Positions 28,712 through 38,545 of a stretch of DNA of 64,000 bases are shown here, one piece after another. A model generated the notes under the pieces. The model made no database searches. It was not told the DNA's origin and worked only from the letters and a program-made list of their open reading frames with translations. How positions within the stretch are numbered: the stretch's first letter is position 1; each line of letters opens with the position of its first letter. Source of the stretch: Myxococcota bacterium (GTDB taxonomy: Bacteria; Myxococcota_A; SURF-8). The stretch is taken from NCBI GenBank assembly GCA_965140415.1, contig OZ223209.1, forward strand, positions 293,974 through 357,973, written 5' to 3'. Both the position numbers and the translations under genes were made by a program.

Positions 28712-29947
28712 TCAGTGAATCCGGGGGGTGGGATCGTCCTCATCGTCATTCGAAGGATGCTCGGGATCTACCCATTGCAAGCGCTTCAATGGTGAACTGG
28801 ACGGTGTTTCTTGACTGCTTTGCCGTGTCGTTTCCATGGGATTACGTCGTTCGGAACGATTCAAGCTGGACAGGCTGGAAACGTTTTGTTCCTGCCGATT
28901 CGGAACCAACTGAAGATGGCCGGTACGCCGTAGCGGTTGCGGTTCATTAAGCGAGCGAAGCGTCCGGTCCATGGCTTGCTCTTCCGCTTCCCATGCATCC
29001 ATCTTCTTCTTCCTATCGCGCCGCCGTTTGAAATAGCCCATTAAAAACAGGATGGAAGCCACCGTCCAGACCGTCGTTCCCGACATGATCAGCGGAATCC
29101 AGTTGTAATTCATTTTCAAACTGGAAAGCCACTTTATTTCGATCTCGTTCTGGGTTTTGCCATAGGTTTCTTCCAATGCGGAAGCGAACGCTTCTCCTTT
29201 TCCCAGGCGCTTGAAGAAACGATGAAATTTCTCTTCTCCGAATTCTCCCACCATGTAGTTCACGAACTCGAAGCTCTGATCGTAGGCCAGGTGCACATCC
29301 ATGGGATTGGAAGGAAACCTCTGAGTCAGATCGTCCATCGGCATCAAGCGACCGGAAATCAACGCTTTACTTAAACGCAAGGCGCGTTCCAGTTCGAACT
29401 GTCTGGCCTGCCACTGCGCCAGCCCCTCGACGAACCATTTCGGCATGGGATTGTCGCCTACGACGTTTCGCAGAATGATGTGCGACATTTCGTGGCGAAA
29501 GGTTTCCATCAGATCGATGGCCTGCCCCTGCGATCCCGCCTGCCGAAGCAGAACCACATTAAGCCGGGTATAGGCAATGCCCGCCACCCAGTCGGGCACT
29601 CGACGTCCCCCCGGCTGCATCGTCTGGAAATCCTTGCCGTTTGCGGCCAGATACACGCGAGTTTTTCCCGGCGGATCGACGCCGATCTCGGCGACCAGTT
29701 GAGCGCGAATCGATTCTGCCTGAGCCATGATGGCATCGGCGCGGGTTTTGCCGCGTTGTGGGAAGGTAAATAGATAATGCTCGGTTTCATTTTCCGCATA
29801 GCCATCGGGAAGTTGGATCGAAGTGCTGGATAATTCATGACTTTCCAGAACTCGTTCCCGTAGCGGTCCTTCCGGTGCCTGTTCGGCCATCACCGATGGA
29901 ACGACCCCGAGACTCATGAAAGAGAGGAATATGATGAGTAATGACAA
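28712..29947 (-). CDS. Putative zinc metallopeptidase (HExxH) with C-terminal membrane anchor
   Basis: Signal peptide; HEMSH zinc-binding motif within FRHEMSHIIL; C-terminal TM helix then a basic tail (KRRRDRKKK). Confidence 0.45.
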   Translation of the reverse strand: MSLLIIFLSFMSLGVVPSVMAEQAPEGPLRERVLESHELSSTSIQLPDGYAENETEHYLFTFPQRGKTRADAIMAQAESIRAQLVAEIGVDPPGKTRVYLAANGKDFQTMQPGGRRVPDWVAGIAYTRLNVVLLRQAGSQGQAIDLMETFRHEMSHIILRNVVGDNPMPKWFVEGLAQWQARQFELERALRLSKALISGRLMPMDDLTQRFPSNPMDVHLAYDQSFEFVNYMVGEFGEEKFHRFFKRLGKGEAFASALEETYGKTQNEIEIKWLSSLKMNYNWIPLIMSGTTVWTVASILFLMGYFKRRRDRKKKMDAWEAEEQAMDRTLRSLNEPQPLRRTGHLQLVPNRQEQNVSSLSSLNRSERRNPMETTRQSSQETPSSSPLKRLQWVDPEHPSNDDEDDPTPRIH

Positions 29948-30015
29948 GATGTTGCGCTTTAATCGTTTCGGATGGAAAATGATCGCTCCTTACTGCGAGG
30001 AAAAAAATAACCGGC

Positions 30016-30312
30016 TTAGGCCACTTCTAAAATAGAGGCTGCTGTTTCCGGCTTTATGCCCACAATCCGAATCCGCTTGCGCCGCGAGCTGCTCCCGGCT
30101 TCAAGTTGCACCGCCTGTTTGGGAACGCCGAACCGTTTACTGAAAAAAGCGATCAGTTCCTTATTGGCCGCTCCATCCACCGGCGGAGCTTTCAAGCGGA
30201 CTTTCAAGCGACCGTCATGCTCGCCGATGACTTCGCTTTTCGAAGCGCGCGGCTGTACCAGCACTTCCAGCAGTACGTCGTTTTTTTCTTGCCGCAGCCA
30301 GTCGCGGCTCAT
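30016..30312 (-). CDS. DUF167/YggU-family protein
   Basis: ~98 aa; LKVRLKAPPVDGAANKELIAFFSKRFGVPK is the typical YggU pattern; sits in the conserved division cluster. Confidence 0.7.
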   Translation of the reverse strand: MSRDWLRQEKNDVLLEVLVQPRASKSEVIGEHDGRLKVRLKAPPVDGAANKELIAFFSKRFGVPKQAVQLEAGSSSRRKRIRIVGIKPETAASILEVA

Positions 30313-30314
30313 AC

Positions 30315-30869
30315 TCAGTTCTCCTCGGAAAAGGCGTCGCCGCTTTCCTCTTCATCTTCTCGTTCATACGAGTCGAAGGAATCTTCCTCATGTTGCTCGA
30401 TGGACTGCGCCGAGCGCCGCTCCTGTTCGTTTAACGCATCCAGCATTTTCAAATGCACTTCGATGGAACTGCGCAAAGTCGTTTCGAACTGGATTTTCTG
30501 GCGTTTCAAGTCGTGAATGTCACTGATCAAATCCCTCCGACGCAGTTCCGCATCCTGCATAAAGCGTTCCGCTTCGACTTCCGCCTTGGAAATCAAAGCC
30601 TGCGCTTCGCGTTCGGCGATGGCCTTTAAATCTTCGCTCATTTTCTGAGCGGTTAAAAGCGTTTGTTTTAATGTCTGTTCGCGGTCGCGATGCTCTAACA
30701 AACGTTCTTCCAACTCGGACACGCGCCCTTTCAACTCGTTGTTATCGCGAACCAGTTCTTCCATTTCTTCGGAGACGAGTTGCAGAAATTCCTCGACTTC
30801 CTGCTGGTCGATACCCCGAAAGGAACTTTGAAAGCGTTTTTGTTTGACCTCTAACGGAGTCAGCTTCAT
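30315..30869 (-). CDS. divIVA: DivIVA-domain cell-division protein
   Basis: N-terminal MKLTPLEVKQKRFQSSFRGIDQQEVEEFL followed by extended coiled coil. Confidence 0.8.
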   Translation of the reverse strand: MKLTPLEVKQKRFQSSFRGIDQQEVEEFLQLVSEEMEELVRDNNELKGRVSELEERLLEHRDREQTLKQTLLTAQKMSEDLKAIAEREAQALISKAEVEAERFMQDAELRRRDLISDIHDLKRQKIQFETTLRSSIEVHLKMLDALNEQERRSAQSIEQHEEDSFDSYEREDEEESGDAFSEEN

Positions 30870-31174
30870 CAGAAACCTCCCTTCAAGGATCGGGCGTAAT
30901 CGAACAGGTTCGCCACCAGGGCGTATTGCAGAAAGTAGATGATGCCCAGCGCGACCAGCGGGGTAAAGTCCAAACCGCCGACATTGCGCAAAAAGGGCAG
31001 GTAGCGACGCAATTTTCTGAACAACGGCTCGGTCGCGCGCATCAGGATACGAACGATCGGATTGTATGGATCGGCGTTCACCCAGGAGATGATCACGCGA
31101 CCCAGCACGATAAACATGTAAACCTGTAGAAACATGTCCAACACGCTAGCTATTCCAAAAAGAACGTTTGCCAT
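30869..31174 (-). CDS. yggT: YggT-family membrane protein
   Basis: ~100 aa, two TM segments, VLGRVIISWVNADPYNPIV motif. Confidence 0.75.
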   Translation of the reverse strand: MANVLFGIASVLDMFLQVYMFIVLGRVIISWVNADPYNPIVRILMRATEPLFRKLRRYLPFLRNVGGLDFTPLVALGIIYFLQYALVANLFDYARSLKGGF

Positions 31175-31198
31175 GATCTTTATAACCTCCCGGTTTTC

Positions 31199-31894
31199 TT
31201 AAGTATGATAGTTTCGCGGTCCGAAAATATCCGTACCGATGCGCACCATCGTTGCGCCTTCCTCCACCGCTGCTTCCAGATCGGTGGACATGCCCATCGA
31301 CAATTCCGGCAGCGCCAACCCGCTATCTTGCCGCAGCTTTTCTGCCAACAGGCATAAGCGCTTGTGGAAGGGCCGAATCAATTCCGGGTCGTCGTAAAAG
31401 GGCGGTATCGACATCAACCCCAACACCCGAACGTGTTCGAGCCCAGTTGCCGTTTCCAATAATTCCGCCGCCTGCTTTTCCGATACGCCGCCTTTGCTTT
31501 CCTGCTCGCCGACGTTGATTTCCAGCAGGCAATCCGTCACGATATCCAACGCCGCGCTGCGTTTTTCGATTTCACGCAGCAGCTTTGGGCGATCCACCGA
31601 ATGAATCAGCTCCACCTGTCCCACGATCTGCCGCACCTTGTTCGATTGCAGCCGTCCGATAAAATGCCAGTGCACCGTGTTTGGACATTGCGGCTTGATT
31701 TCCAATAGTTCCTGGGCGTAGTTCTGCGCGATTTCCATCTGCCCGGCTTCAATCGCTTCCAGTACGCGTGAGGCAGGCTGCGTTTTGGCGACAGCCAGGA
31801 GACGTACCGATTCCGGAGCGCGTCCGGCTTTTTCGCAGGCCCGTTGGATGCGTTGCTGCACCTGTACCAAATTGGCAGCCACGTCTACACTCAT
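31199..31894 (-). CDS. yggS: YggS-family pyridoxal-phosphate homeostasis protein
   Basis: LLAVAKTQP (PLP-binding Lys) and HFIGRLQSNK motif; ~230 aa. Confidence 0.85.
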   Translation of the reverse strand: MSVDVAANLVQVQQRIQRACEKAGRAPESVRLLAVAKTQPASRVLEAIEAGQMEIAQNYAQELLEIKPQCPNTVHWHFIGRLQSNKVRQIVGQVELIHSVDRPKLLREIEKRSAALDIVTDCLLEINVGEQESKGGVSEKQAAELLETATGLEHVRVLGLMSIPPFYDDPELIRPFHKRLCLLAEKLRQDSGLALPELSMGMSTDLEAAVEEGATMVRIGTDIFGPRNYHT

Positions 31895-32466
31895 AACGAA
31901 ACTCCCACTTTCTTCAGCAGTTCCAGGGTTTCGGTCAATGGTAGACCGATGACGTTGGTGTAGGAACCGTGTACGCTCTCTACCATCGCGCCGCCTTCAC
32001 CTTGAATGGCGTAGGCTCCGGCTTTGTCGTGCGGTTCGGGAGTGGCGACGTAGCGCCGGATGCTCGCTTCGCTCAACGCCCTGAACGTAACCGGAGTACT
32101 TACGACCTGTTCGTAGCAGCTTCGATCCCGACCCAGTACACAAATACCGGTAAATACGACATGCGTTCGACCCGATAGCCGTTGAAGCATCTTCACTGCA
32201 TCTTCCGGATCGCGTGGCTTACCGAGAATATCGTCATCCAGGGTAACGATTGTATCCGCCGCCAGAATCGGCGCGCCCGATTCGTGATCGCCACGATCGA
32301 AGGAAGCCTGGGCTTTTTCGCGCGCCAGCCGACGCACGAAGGCTTCGGGCGTTTCACCTGACTTCAGGCTTTCATCGATGTCCACCGGACGAATATCAAA
32401 CTGCAACCCCGCCGAAGTCAATAGGCGTTTGCGGCGAGGGGATTGTGAGGCCAGAATCAACATCAT
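31891..32466 (-). CDS. maf: Maf-like nucleoside-triphosphate pyrophosphatase
   Basis: N-terminal LILASQSPRRKRLL signature; ~190 aa; overlaps the yggS start by 4 nt. Confidence 0.85.
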   Translation of the reverse strand: MMLILASQSPRRKRLLTSAGLQFDIRPVDIDESLKSGETPEAFVRRLAREKAQASFDRGDHESGAPILAADTIVTLDDDILGKPRDPEDAVKMLQRLSGRTHVVFTGICVLGRDRSCYEQVVSTPVTFRALSEASIRRYVATPEPHDKAGAYAIQGEGGAMVESVHGSYTNVIGLPLTETLELLKKVGVSL

Positions 32467-32754
32467 CGTTCTCTTTTACTTCTGCATGGTTGCCAACATT
32501 TGCGCTCGATTTTGCATTGAACATGTAAAATCAAGGCGCATTATTATAGCCAGCAAGCGCTTACAAGTCAACGAAACATAGAAATTCCAATAGTTTAAAA
32601 GACATTCCAAGCAGGCTCGATCTTGCGGGAGTTTGAACTTTTTTCCGTTATATAGGACAGACTATGTCCATAGTGGGGTTGTCAAGCGTATTCGGAAGGG
32701 ATAGGCTTATTCTTGATACGAAAAGATATCGCGCATTTTTACGGGAGGGATATC

Positions 32755-33813
32755 ATGACAACGGGGCGTCCCAAGGGGAAGTATACACAAGCCTATCGCC
32801 TGGTAAAAATCATGGAGATGCTGCAAACCAAGCAGCAGGTCACGATCGGCATGCTGGTAAATGAGTTCGGTGTAAGTCGCCGAACGGCGAACCGCGATCT
32901 GGCGACCTTGCAGGAAACCTACTCCATCGAAGAAGTCGGCCAACTGGATGACAAGCAGAAAATCTGGCGGCTATCGAGCAGAGGCGGTAGTGAGTTCATC
33001 AAGCTGAGCGTGATGGAAATGGCGGCGCTATTTATGGGGAAAAACCTGTTCAATTTCACGCGCGGCACGGCACTGAAGGACAGTATCGATTCGTTATACA
33101 GTAAAGTTTCTCATCGCTTGACTTCTCAACGCAGCGCCTACAGCGAAAACCTGGAATTCAAATTCTACTGCACCCCCGGCGCACCCAAGGATTACGCCCA
33201 GCGCGACGATCAACTGAACGAAATCGTTACCGGTCTGCTGGAGGAGCAGAAAGTGCGCGTGTTGTATCGACCGCCCAATCGCAAATCCTACGAGGTCGTG
33301 TTGCATCCCTGGACGCTGGTGGCGCATCATAACGGCCTGTATCTGATCGCCTTTTCCGAACGTTCGCAAACCATTCGCACCTTTGCGGTGGAGCGCATTC
33401 TCGATGCGAACTGGCTGCGCGGGGAGTCGTTTCCTTTTCCCGAAAACTACGACCCTCAAAAATATCTGTCACAGGCCTTTGGAATCACGGTTGGCAGCCC
33501 TGCCGAAGTCGTTCTCAGAGCAGGACAGGATACGGTGGAATACTTCCAGCAGCGGCAATGGCATCACAGCCAACGTCTGGAAGAGAGTGCCGATGGAGTG
33601 ACCTACATTCACTTGCAGGTTCCGCTGACACCGGAACTGATTTCCTGGATTCTTTCTTTCGGTTCGAAAGTGGAAGTGCTGCGCCCGGAAAAACTGCGGC
33701 ACCAGATCCGGCATATTATCGATGCTATGGCTCGCCTTTATTCCGACGACGAGTCACCTGCCGGAGAGGAACAGGATTCCACCACTCACAGCAACAAGAT
33801 CGGAACAACCTGA
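32755..33813 (+). CDS. WYL-domain transcriptional regulator (HTH-WYL architecture)
   Basis: ATG at 32755 with GGGAGGG SD; N-terminal HTH (MLVNEFGVSRRTANRDLATL), central WYL-like block (YRPPNRKSYEVVLHPWTLVAHHNGLYLIAFS...RTFAVERI), C-terminal extension. Confidence 0.65.
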   Translation: MTTGRPKGKYTQAYRLVKIMEMLQTKQQVTIGMLVNEFGVSRRTANRDLATLQETYSIEEVGQLDDKQKIWRLSSRGGSEFIKLSVMEMAALFMGKNLFNFTRGTALKDSIDSLYSKVSHRLTSQRSAYSENLEFKFYCTPGAPKDYAQRDDQLNEIVTGLLEEQKVRVLYRPPNRKSYEVVLHPWTLVAHHNGLYLIAFSERSQTIRTFAVERILDANWLRGESFPFPENYDPQKYLSQAFGITVGSPAEVVLRAGQDTVEYFQQRQWHHSQRLEESADGVTYIHLQVPLTPELISWILSFGSKVEVLRPEKLRHQIRHIIDAMARLYSDDESPAGEEQDSTTHSNKIGTT

Positions 33814-33954
33814 AACAATTCGGTTTAATTGGAGGAGTTGCCATTCCCTTCGATGGATCGGGATTGCAATTCTAGAGTGGTAGCATCATTTTCCCGTAGG
33901 TCGGCTCCAGTGTAGCCGACAATTCTGAGCAAATGTCTAAAAATTCCCGTAGCA

Positions 33955-33977
33955 GCGGAGCGTAAGCCCGCCTTTTT
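33955..33977 (+). terminator. GTAA-tetraloop hairpin with T-tract (terminator-like), related to 28643-28667
   Basis: GCGG-a-GC [GTAA] GC-CCGC then CTTTTTAT; ~140 nt downstream of the WYL regulator stop. Confidence 0.4.
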
Positions 33978-34037
33978 ATACCGGTTCTTAGTCATTTCTA
34001 GCCACGAATTTCAATAACGTGTGCCATCTATAATAGA

Positions 34038-34111
34038 GGGTCTAAGCCGCAGGCTTACCCGTGAGAGCCACATGGGCAAGCTCCGATTCCTTTCCGTTTT
34101 CCAAGCCCATC
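34038..34111 (-). repeat. REP-like ~80-bp hairpin repeat, copy C
   Basis: Reverse complement aligns with copies B and D (CGGAGCTTGCCCATGTGGCTCTCACGGGTAAGCCTGCGGCTTAGACCC); stem kept through G-U pairing. Confidence 0.55.
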
Positions 34112-34239
34112 TTAACATTCAATGACACACCCAGTAGGGATATAAGGATATCCTGTCGCTCCTGCTTGACTTTCCCCCCATGGCTGCGGTAGGTTGTCTG
34201 CGATAGTTGAATTATATATTAGGAAGTAAGGGTAAAACG

Positions 34240-35610
34240 ATGAGGGTACAGCAATCACCGAGGCCTGCTCTCGTGGCCGTATTTTTTGCGGTCCTGATTT
34301 CTCTTGTTTTTCTAGTAGGTTGTGGCGCGAAAGCACGACCGGAGGCGCAGACTGCCGCCGAACCGCTGGCCATTAAGAATATCCAGGTCAGTGCGGAATC
34401 GGGTCGTCTGCGCATACAATGGAGCCTGCCGGCAGCGGAAATCAGCAAGGTGGCCGGTGTGCGCATTTACCGCAAACACTGGCCCACCGGCACCGCCGAT
34501 CCGGCGCAGATCAAAACCCTGCTGATGGGCGAACTGCCCGCCACGAAACAGAGTGTAGACGGTCGCCTGGTTTATGACGACCGCGACATCCAAACGACCA
34601 ACAGCTACGAATACCATCTGTTCGCCTACGACGCGGAAAAGAAACTGGGACCGGACTACATGATTGGCCCCTTTACTCCCGTTTTCCCGACGGAGCAGGT
34701 AAAGGGCCTGGTCGCCCAGGCGGGAGACGGCGTGGTGCAACTTAGCTGGATGGCAGTCACGGGCGCAGTCGATCCGGAAAGCGGTGAAATCGCCAACGAC
34801 ACCGGCCTGCGCGTCGATCTCTATCGCGCCGAGGGCGAGCAGGGACCGTACACGCCCCAGGCCATCAACGATAAGCCCCTTGTTTCAACTGGTTACGAAG
34901 ACTACGACGTGCGCCCCAGCAAGAAAATGCGTTACCAGGCCCGGCTGGTGCGTATCGAAAAGGGAGTGCGTCTGCTCGGTCCGTTGACCCCGGAAGTCTC
35001 CGTTACGGTGCAGGACAATACGCCCCCTGCGGCGGCACAGGTGCTTGAAAGCGAAGCCATCGAAGGCGGCGTGCGGCTGTTGTGGCAGCCGGTGCCGGAT
35101 CGTGGTTTGCTGGGTTATCAGGTTTTACGCCGCAGCGCCAAACAGGAGCCGAAGGCATTTGCCCCGGTTTCCGGCCTGTTGACGGTGGACGAATTCACCG
35201 ACCGCACAGTGGCCGATCCCGATACCTACGTGTATCAGGTGATTGCCATCGATCGCGCGGGGAATCGTTCGCAGTCCGCCGAACGATCCATCGTGTACCC
35301 CAAACCGGAATCTCCGGCGCCCGCTCCGGCTCCGACGGAGGGAACGACTCCCGCCGCCGAAGAAAAACCTGTAGCCGCTCCGGCTGCAACCGCCGCCCCC
35401 GCAACGGAAAAGAAACCCGAAGCGGCTCCGGCGACGACGGAAGCTCCCGCAGCAGTCGCCGAACCGAAAAAAGAAGCCGCACCTGCAACAGCCGAACCGG
35501 TAGCTCCCGCAGAGGAAAAGAAAACGGAAGCGGCTCCGGCTCAGTCGGAACAGACAGAGCCTGCCGTAGAAGAGCCGCCCATCGTGCCGGTGCTGGTGCC
35601 TTTGCAATAA
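34240..35610 (+). CDS. Secreted lipoprotein with beta-sandwich (FN3-like) repeats and Pro/Ala/Glu-rich C-terminal tail
   Basis: ATG at 34240; lipobox (FLVGCGA); C-terminal ~100 aa are low-complexity (PAPAPTEGTTPAAEEKPVAAPAATAAP...). Confidence 0.45.
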   Translation: MRVQQSPRPALVAVFFAVLISLVFLVGCGAKARPEAQTAAEPLAIKNIQVSAESGRLRIQWSLPAAEISKVAGVRIYRKHWPTGTADPAQIKTLLMGELPATKQSVDGRLVYDDRDIQTTNSYEYHLFAYDAEKKLGPDYMIGPFTPVFPTEQVKGLVAQAGDGVVQLSWMAVTGAVDPESGEIANDTGLRVDLYRAEGEQGPYTPQAINDKPLVSTGYEDYDVRPSKKMRYQARLVRIEKGVRLLGPLTPEVSVTVQDNTPPAAAQVLESEAIEGGVRLLWQPVPDRGLLGYQVLRRSAKQEPKAFAPVSGLLTVDEFTDRTVADPDTYVYQVIAIDRAGNRSQSAERSIVYPKPESPAPAPAPTEGTTPAAEEKPVAAPAATAAPATEKKPEAAPATTEAPAAVAEPKKEAAPATAEPVAPAEEKKTEAAPAQSEQTEPAVEEPPIVPVLVPLQ

Positions 35611-35657
35611 GCGCACTACGCCTGCCTAACTCGAACTTCAAGGATAGGAGGAGCGAC

Positions 35658-36533
35658 TTGGAACTCCATGGTGTTCTAACAGCATTAATCACACCGTTTA
35701 AAAACGGTGAAATCGATATTCCGGCTTTAAAAGCGCTGGTGAAACGACAATTGGACGCGGGTGTCCATGGTCTTGTGCCGCTTGGATCGACCGGCGAAGC
35801 CGCGACCATTTCGTTTGAGGAACGGGAAACCGTCATTCGCGTCGTGTTGGAAGAAGTCGCAGGGCGCGTACCCGTCGTGGTTGGTGCGGGAACCAATTCG
35901 ACCGCCAGCACCATCGACATGGTGAAACAGGCCAAGGAACTGGGCGCGGACTACGCCATGAGCGTGACGCCCTATTACAATAAGCCGACACCGGAAGGCA
36001 TGCTCGCGCACTATCGCGCCATTCTGGAGGCGGTGGATATTCCGTTGTTAGCATACAACGTTCCGGGCCGTACCGGGATCAACGTCGCACCCGCACTGGC
36101 GGCTCAGTTGGCCGAATTGCCTGGTTTGGTGGGTTTGAAGGAAGCCAGCGGCAACATCATGCAAGTCAGTGAGATCGCTTCGTTAACGGAAGGAAAACTG
36201 GCGCTGTTCTCCGGCGAGGATCAACTCTTTTACTCGATTCTGACACTGGGTGGCGCGGGCGTCATCTGTACCTGCTCCAATATCCAGCCGGAACGGTTCG
36301 TGGAGTTGTACAAGCGCTATACGGATGGCGATCTGGCGGGTGCGCGCAAGATTCAATGGGAATTGCTGCCATTAATCAAGCTGATGTTCACCTTTACCAA
36401 CCCGGTGGCGGTCAAGGCGGCTTCTACCCTGCTTGGGCTGGTGGGTAACGAACTGCGCCTGCCGTTGACGCCGTTGGACGGCGCACAGCTTGATTCTATT
36501 CGCACCGGATTGAACAAAATCGGTTTACTCTAA
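35658..36533 (+). CDS. dapA: 4-hydroxy-tetrahydrodipicolinate synthase
   Basis: TTG start at 35658 with AGGAGG SD; motifs GVLTALITPF, GLVPLGSTGE, YNKPT. The upstream part of the listed ORF is an out-of-context Arg/Ser-rich extension. Confidence 0.85.
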   Translation: MELHGVLTALITPFKNGEIDIPALKALVKRQLDAGVHGLVPLGSTGEAATISFEERETVIRVVLEEVAGRVPVVVGAGTNSTASTIDMVKQAKELGADYAMSVTPYYNKPTPEGMLAHYRAILEAVDIPLLAYNVPGRTGINVAPALAAQLAELPGLVGLKEASGNIMQVSEIASLTEGKLALFSGEDQLFYSILTLGGAGVICTCSNIQPERFVELYKRYTDGDLAGARKIQWELLPLIKLMFTFTNPVAVKAASTLLGLVGNELRLPLTPLDGAQLDSIRTGLNKIGLL

Positions 36534-36551
36534 ATTCGAACGGGAGGATCT

Positions 36552-37355
36552 ATGCCCCTTGGCATCGGAATTTACGGAGCCGCAGGCCGAATGGGCCAGA
36601 CCCTGCTGCGGCTGATTTTTCAGGCCGACGATCTGCACCTGGCGGCGGCTTACGAAGCGGACGGCCATCCCCTGCTCGGCAAGGACGCAGGCAGCCTTTG
36701 TGGATTGGAAGAATGCGGCGTTTTGCTGCAAGCGCTCCCCGAGAAAATCGATGTAGATGTGCTGATCGATTTTTCCCTGCCGCAAGGCACCGCTACGTTA
36801 TTGGATAAACTACAAACACAACCGCTACCCTACATCTGCGGCACGACCGGTTTGGATGAAGCCATGCAGGCGCGTTTACACGACCTGGCCAAACTGACAG
36901 CAGTGGTGTGGGCGCCGAATTTCTCTACCGGCGTGAGTCTGCTGTTCGATCTGGTTTCAAAAGCGGCGAGCATTTTAGGTGTGGAATCGGATATCGAGAT
37001 TACGGAAATCCATCACCGCCACAAAAAAGACGCCCCCAGCGGTACGGCGGCCAAGCTGGCTGAACTGGCGGCGCTCGGGCGCGGATCGGACCCGAAGCAG
37101 GATCTGCTTTACGGACGCAAAGGCATTTCCGGCGAGCGCGAACGCGCCACCATCGGCGTGCATGCGCTGCGCGGCGGTGAAGTCGTCGGCGAACATACGG
37201 TGCATTTTCTGGCCGACGGTGAACGGCTGGAACTGACGCATCGTGCGGGATCGCGCGAAGCCTTTGCCGGTGGCGCGCTCAAAGCGGCTCGCTGGGCGGT
37301 TACAAAAGAAGCGGGAATGTATGACATGATGAACGTATTGGGATTAGGAAAGTAA
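36552..37355 (+). CDS. dapB: 4-hydroxy-tetrahydrodipicolinate reductase
   Basis: N-terminal GIYGAAGRMG Rossmann motif and ITEIHHRHKKDAPSGTA signature; ~267 aa. Confidence 0.85.
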   Translation: MPLGIGIYGAAGRMGQTLLRLIFQADDLHLAAAYEADGHPLLGKDAGSLCGLEECGVLLQALPEKIDVDVLIDFSLPQGTATLLDKLQTQPLPYICGTTGLDEAMQARLHDLAKLTAVVWAPNFSTGVSLLFDLVSKAASILGVESDIEITEIHHRHKKDAPSGTAAKLAELAALGRGSDPKQDLLYGRKGISGERERATIGVHALRGGEVVGEHTVHFLADGERLELTHRAGSREAFAGGALKAARWAVTKEAGMYDMMNVLGLGK

Positions 37356-37360
37356 GAATT

Positions 37361-38539
37361 ATGGCAGCAAAACGTAAATCTATTCTGGCGCAGCGGGTTC
37401 AAGAGCTGCCGCCTTATCTGTTCGCACGTATCGACAAACTACGCGACGAAGTTCGCGCACAAGGGGTAGACGTCATCGATTTGGGTGTCGGCGACCCGGA
37501 TCTGCCCACACCGGCACCGATCGTTCAGGAAATGGCGCGTGCCATCGAGCGCCCGGCCAATCATCGCTATCCGGCCTATCAAGGCTCCTATGCCTTTCGG
37601 CAGTCCTGCGCGAAATATCTGAAGCGCCGCCTTAAACTCAAGCTGGACCCGGACAAGGAAGTGCTGACGCTGATCGGCTCCAAAGAGGGCATCGCCCACT
37701 TGCCGCTGGCCTATGTCGATCCGGGTGACGTGGTGCTAGTTCCCAACCCCGGCTATCCCGTGTACGCCATTTCAACGCGCTTCTGCGGCGGCGAACCGGT
37801 CTTTATGCCGTTATTGCAGGAAAACGATTTTCTGCCCGACTTCAAGAAGATTCCGGCCAGGGTCTGGAACAAAGCCAAAATCATGTTCCTGAATTACCCG
37901 AACAACCCCACCGGGGCGCGGGCCACGGAAGAATTCTTTAAAGAGGCGATTCGCTATGCCGCGAAATACAACGTGTTGATCGCACACGATGCCGCCTATT
38001 TCGAAATCTACAGCGGACGCAAACGGCCCCTGTCGATTCTGGAGCTGGAAGGCGGACGTGATGTGGCCATCGAGTTGTACTCGCACAGCAAAAGCTACAA
38101 CATGACCGGCTGGCGCGTCGGTTTCGCCGCCGGACAGCCGGAGGCCATCGACGCCCTTGGGCGCATCAAAAACAACGTAGATTCCGGTGTGTTCACCGCC
38201 ATTCAAGAAGCGGGCATCGCCGCCAACGAAATGGCGGTTTCTGCACAGAACGAACTACGCCGCGTGTACAGCGATCGACGCAAAGCCGCCTTGAAAGTGT
38301 TAACCAAAGCCGGTTTCGATGTGTTCGACGCCGGGGCGACCTTTTACATCTGGATTCGCACGCCGAACAACCAACCGGCGGCAAGCTTTGCCATGCGCGC
38401 CCTTTCCGAAGCTGGAGTCGTGGTGACGCCGGGAACCGGTTTCGGTGAGTCGGGCGAAGGTTACTTCCGCTTGGCGCTATGCACCAGTCAAGAGCGCGTG
38501 GCCGAAGCGGTGCAGCGTCTGGCTGCTTTGGCGGACTGA
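37361..38539 (+). CDS. dapL: Class-I aminotransferase, probably LL-diaminopimelate aminotransferase
   Basis: Fold-type-I aminotransferase with PLP-lysine block SHSKSYNMTGWRVGF; immediately downstream of dapA-dapB; no dapD or dapE seen in the window. Confidence 0.6.
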   Translation: MAAKRKSILAQRVQELPPYLFARIDKLRDEVRAQGVDVIDLGVGDPDLPTPAPIVQEMARAIERPANHRYPAYQGSYAFRQSCAKYLKRRLKLKLDPDKEVLTLIGSKEGIAHLPLAYVDPGDVVLVPNPGYPVYAISTRFCGGEPVFMPLLQENDFLPDFKKIPARVWNKAKIMFLNYPNNPTGARATEEFFKEAIRYAAKYNVLIAHDAAYFEIYSGRKRPLSILELEGGRDVAIELYSHSKSYNMTGWRVGFAAGQPEAIDALGRIKNNVDSGVFTAIQEAGIAANEMAVSAQNELRRVYSDRRKAALKVLTKAGFDVFDAGATFYIWIRTPNNQPAASFAMRALSEAGVVVTPGTGFGESGEGYFRLALCTSQERVAEAVQRLAALAD

Positions 38540-38545
38540 CAAGCG

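Noticed and set aside
35195-35935. 246-aa minus-strand ORF, and the Arg/Ser-rich N-terminal extension of the listed dapA ORF (35082-35657)
   Set aside because: Both overlap the 3' end of the lipoprotein gene in other frames and are low-complexity; dapA most plausibly starts at TTG 35658 after an AGGAGG SD.
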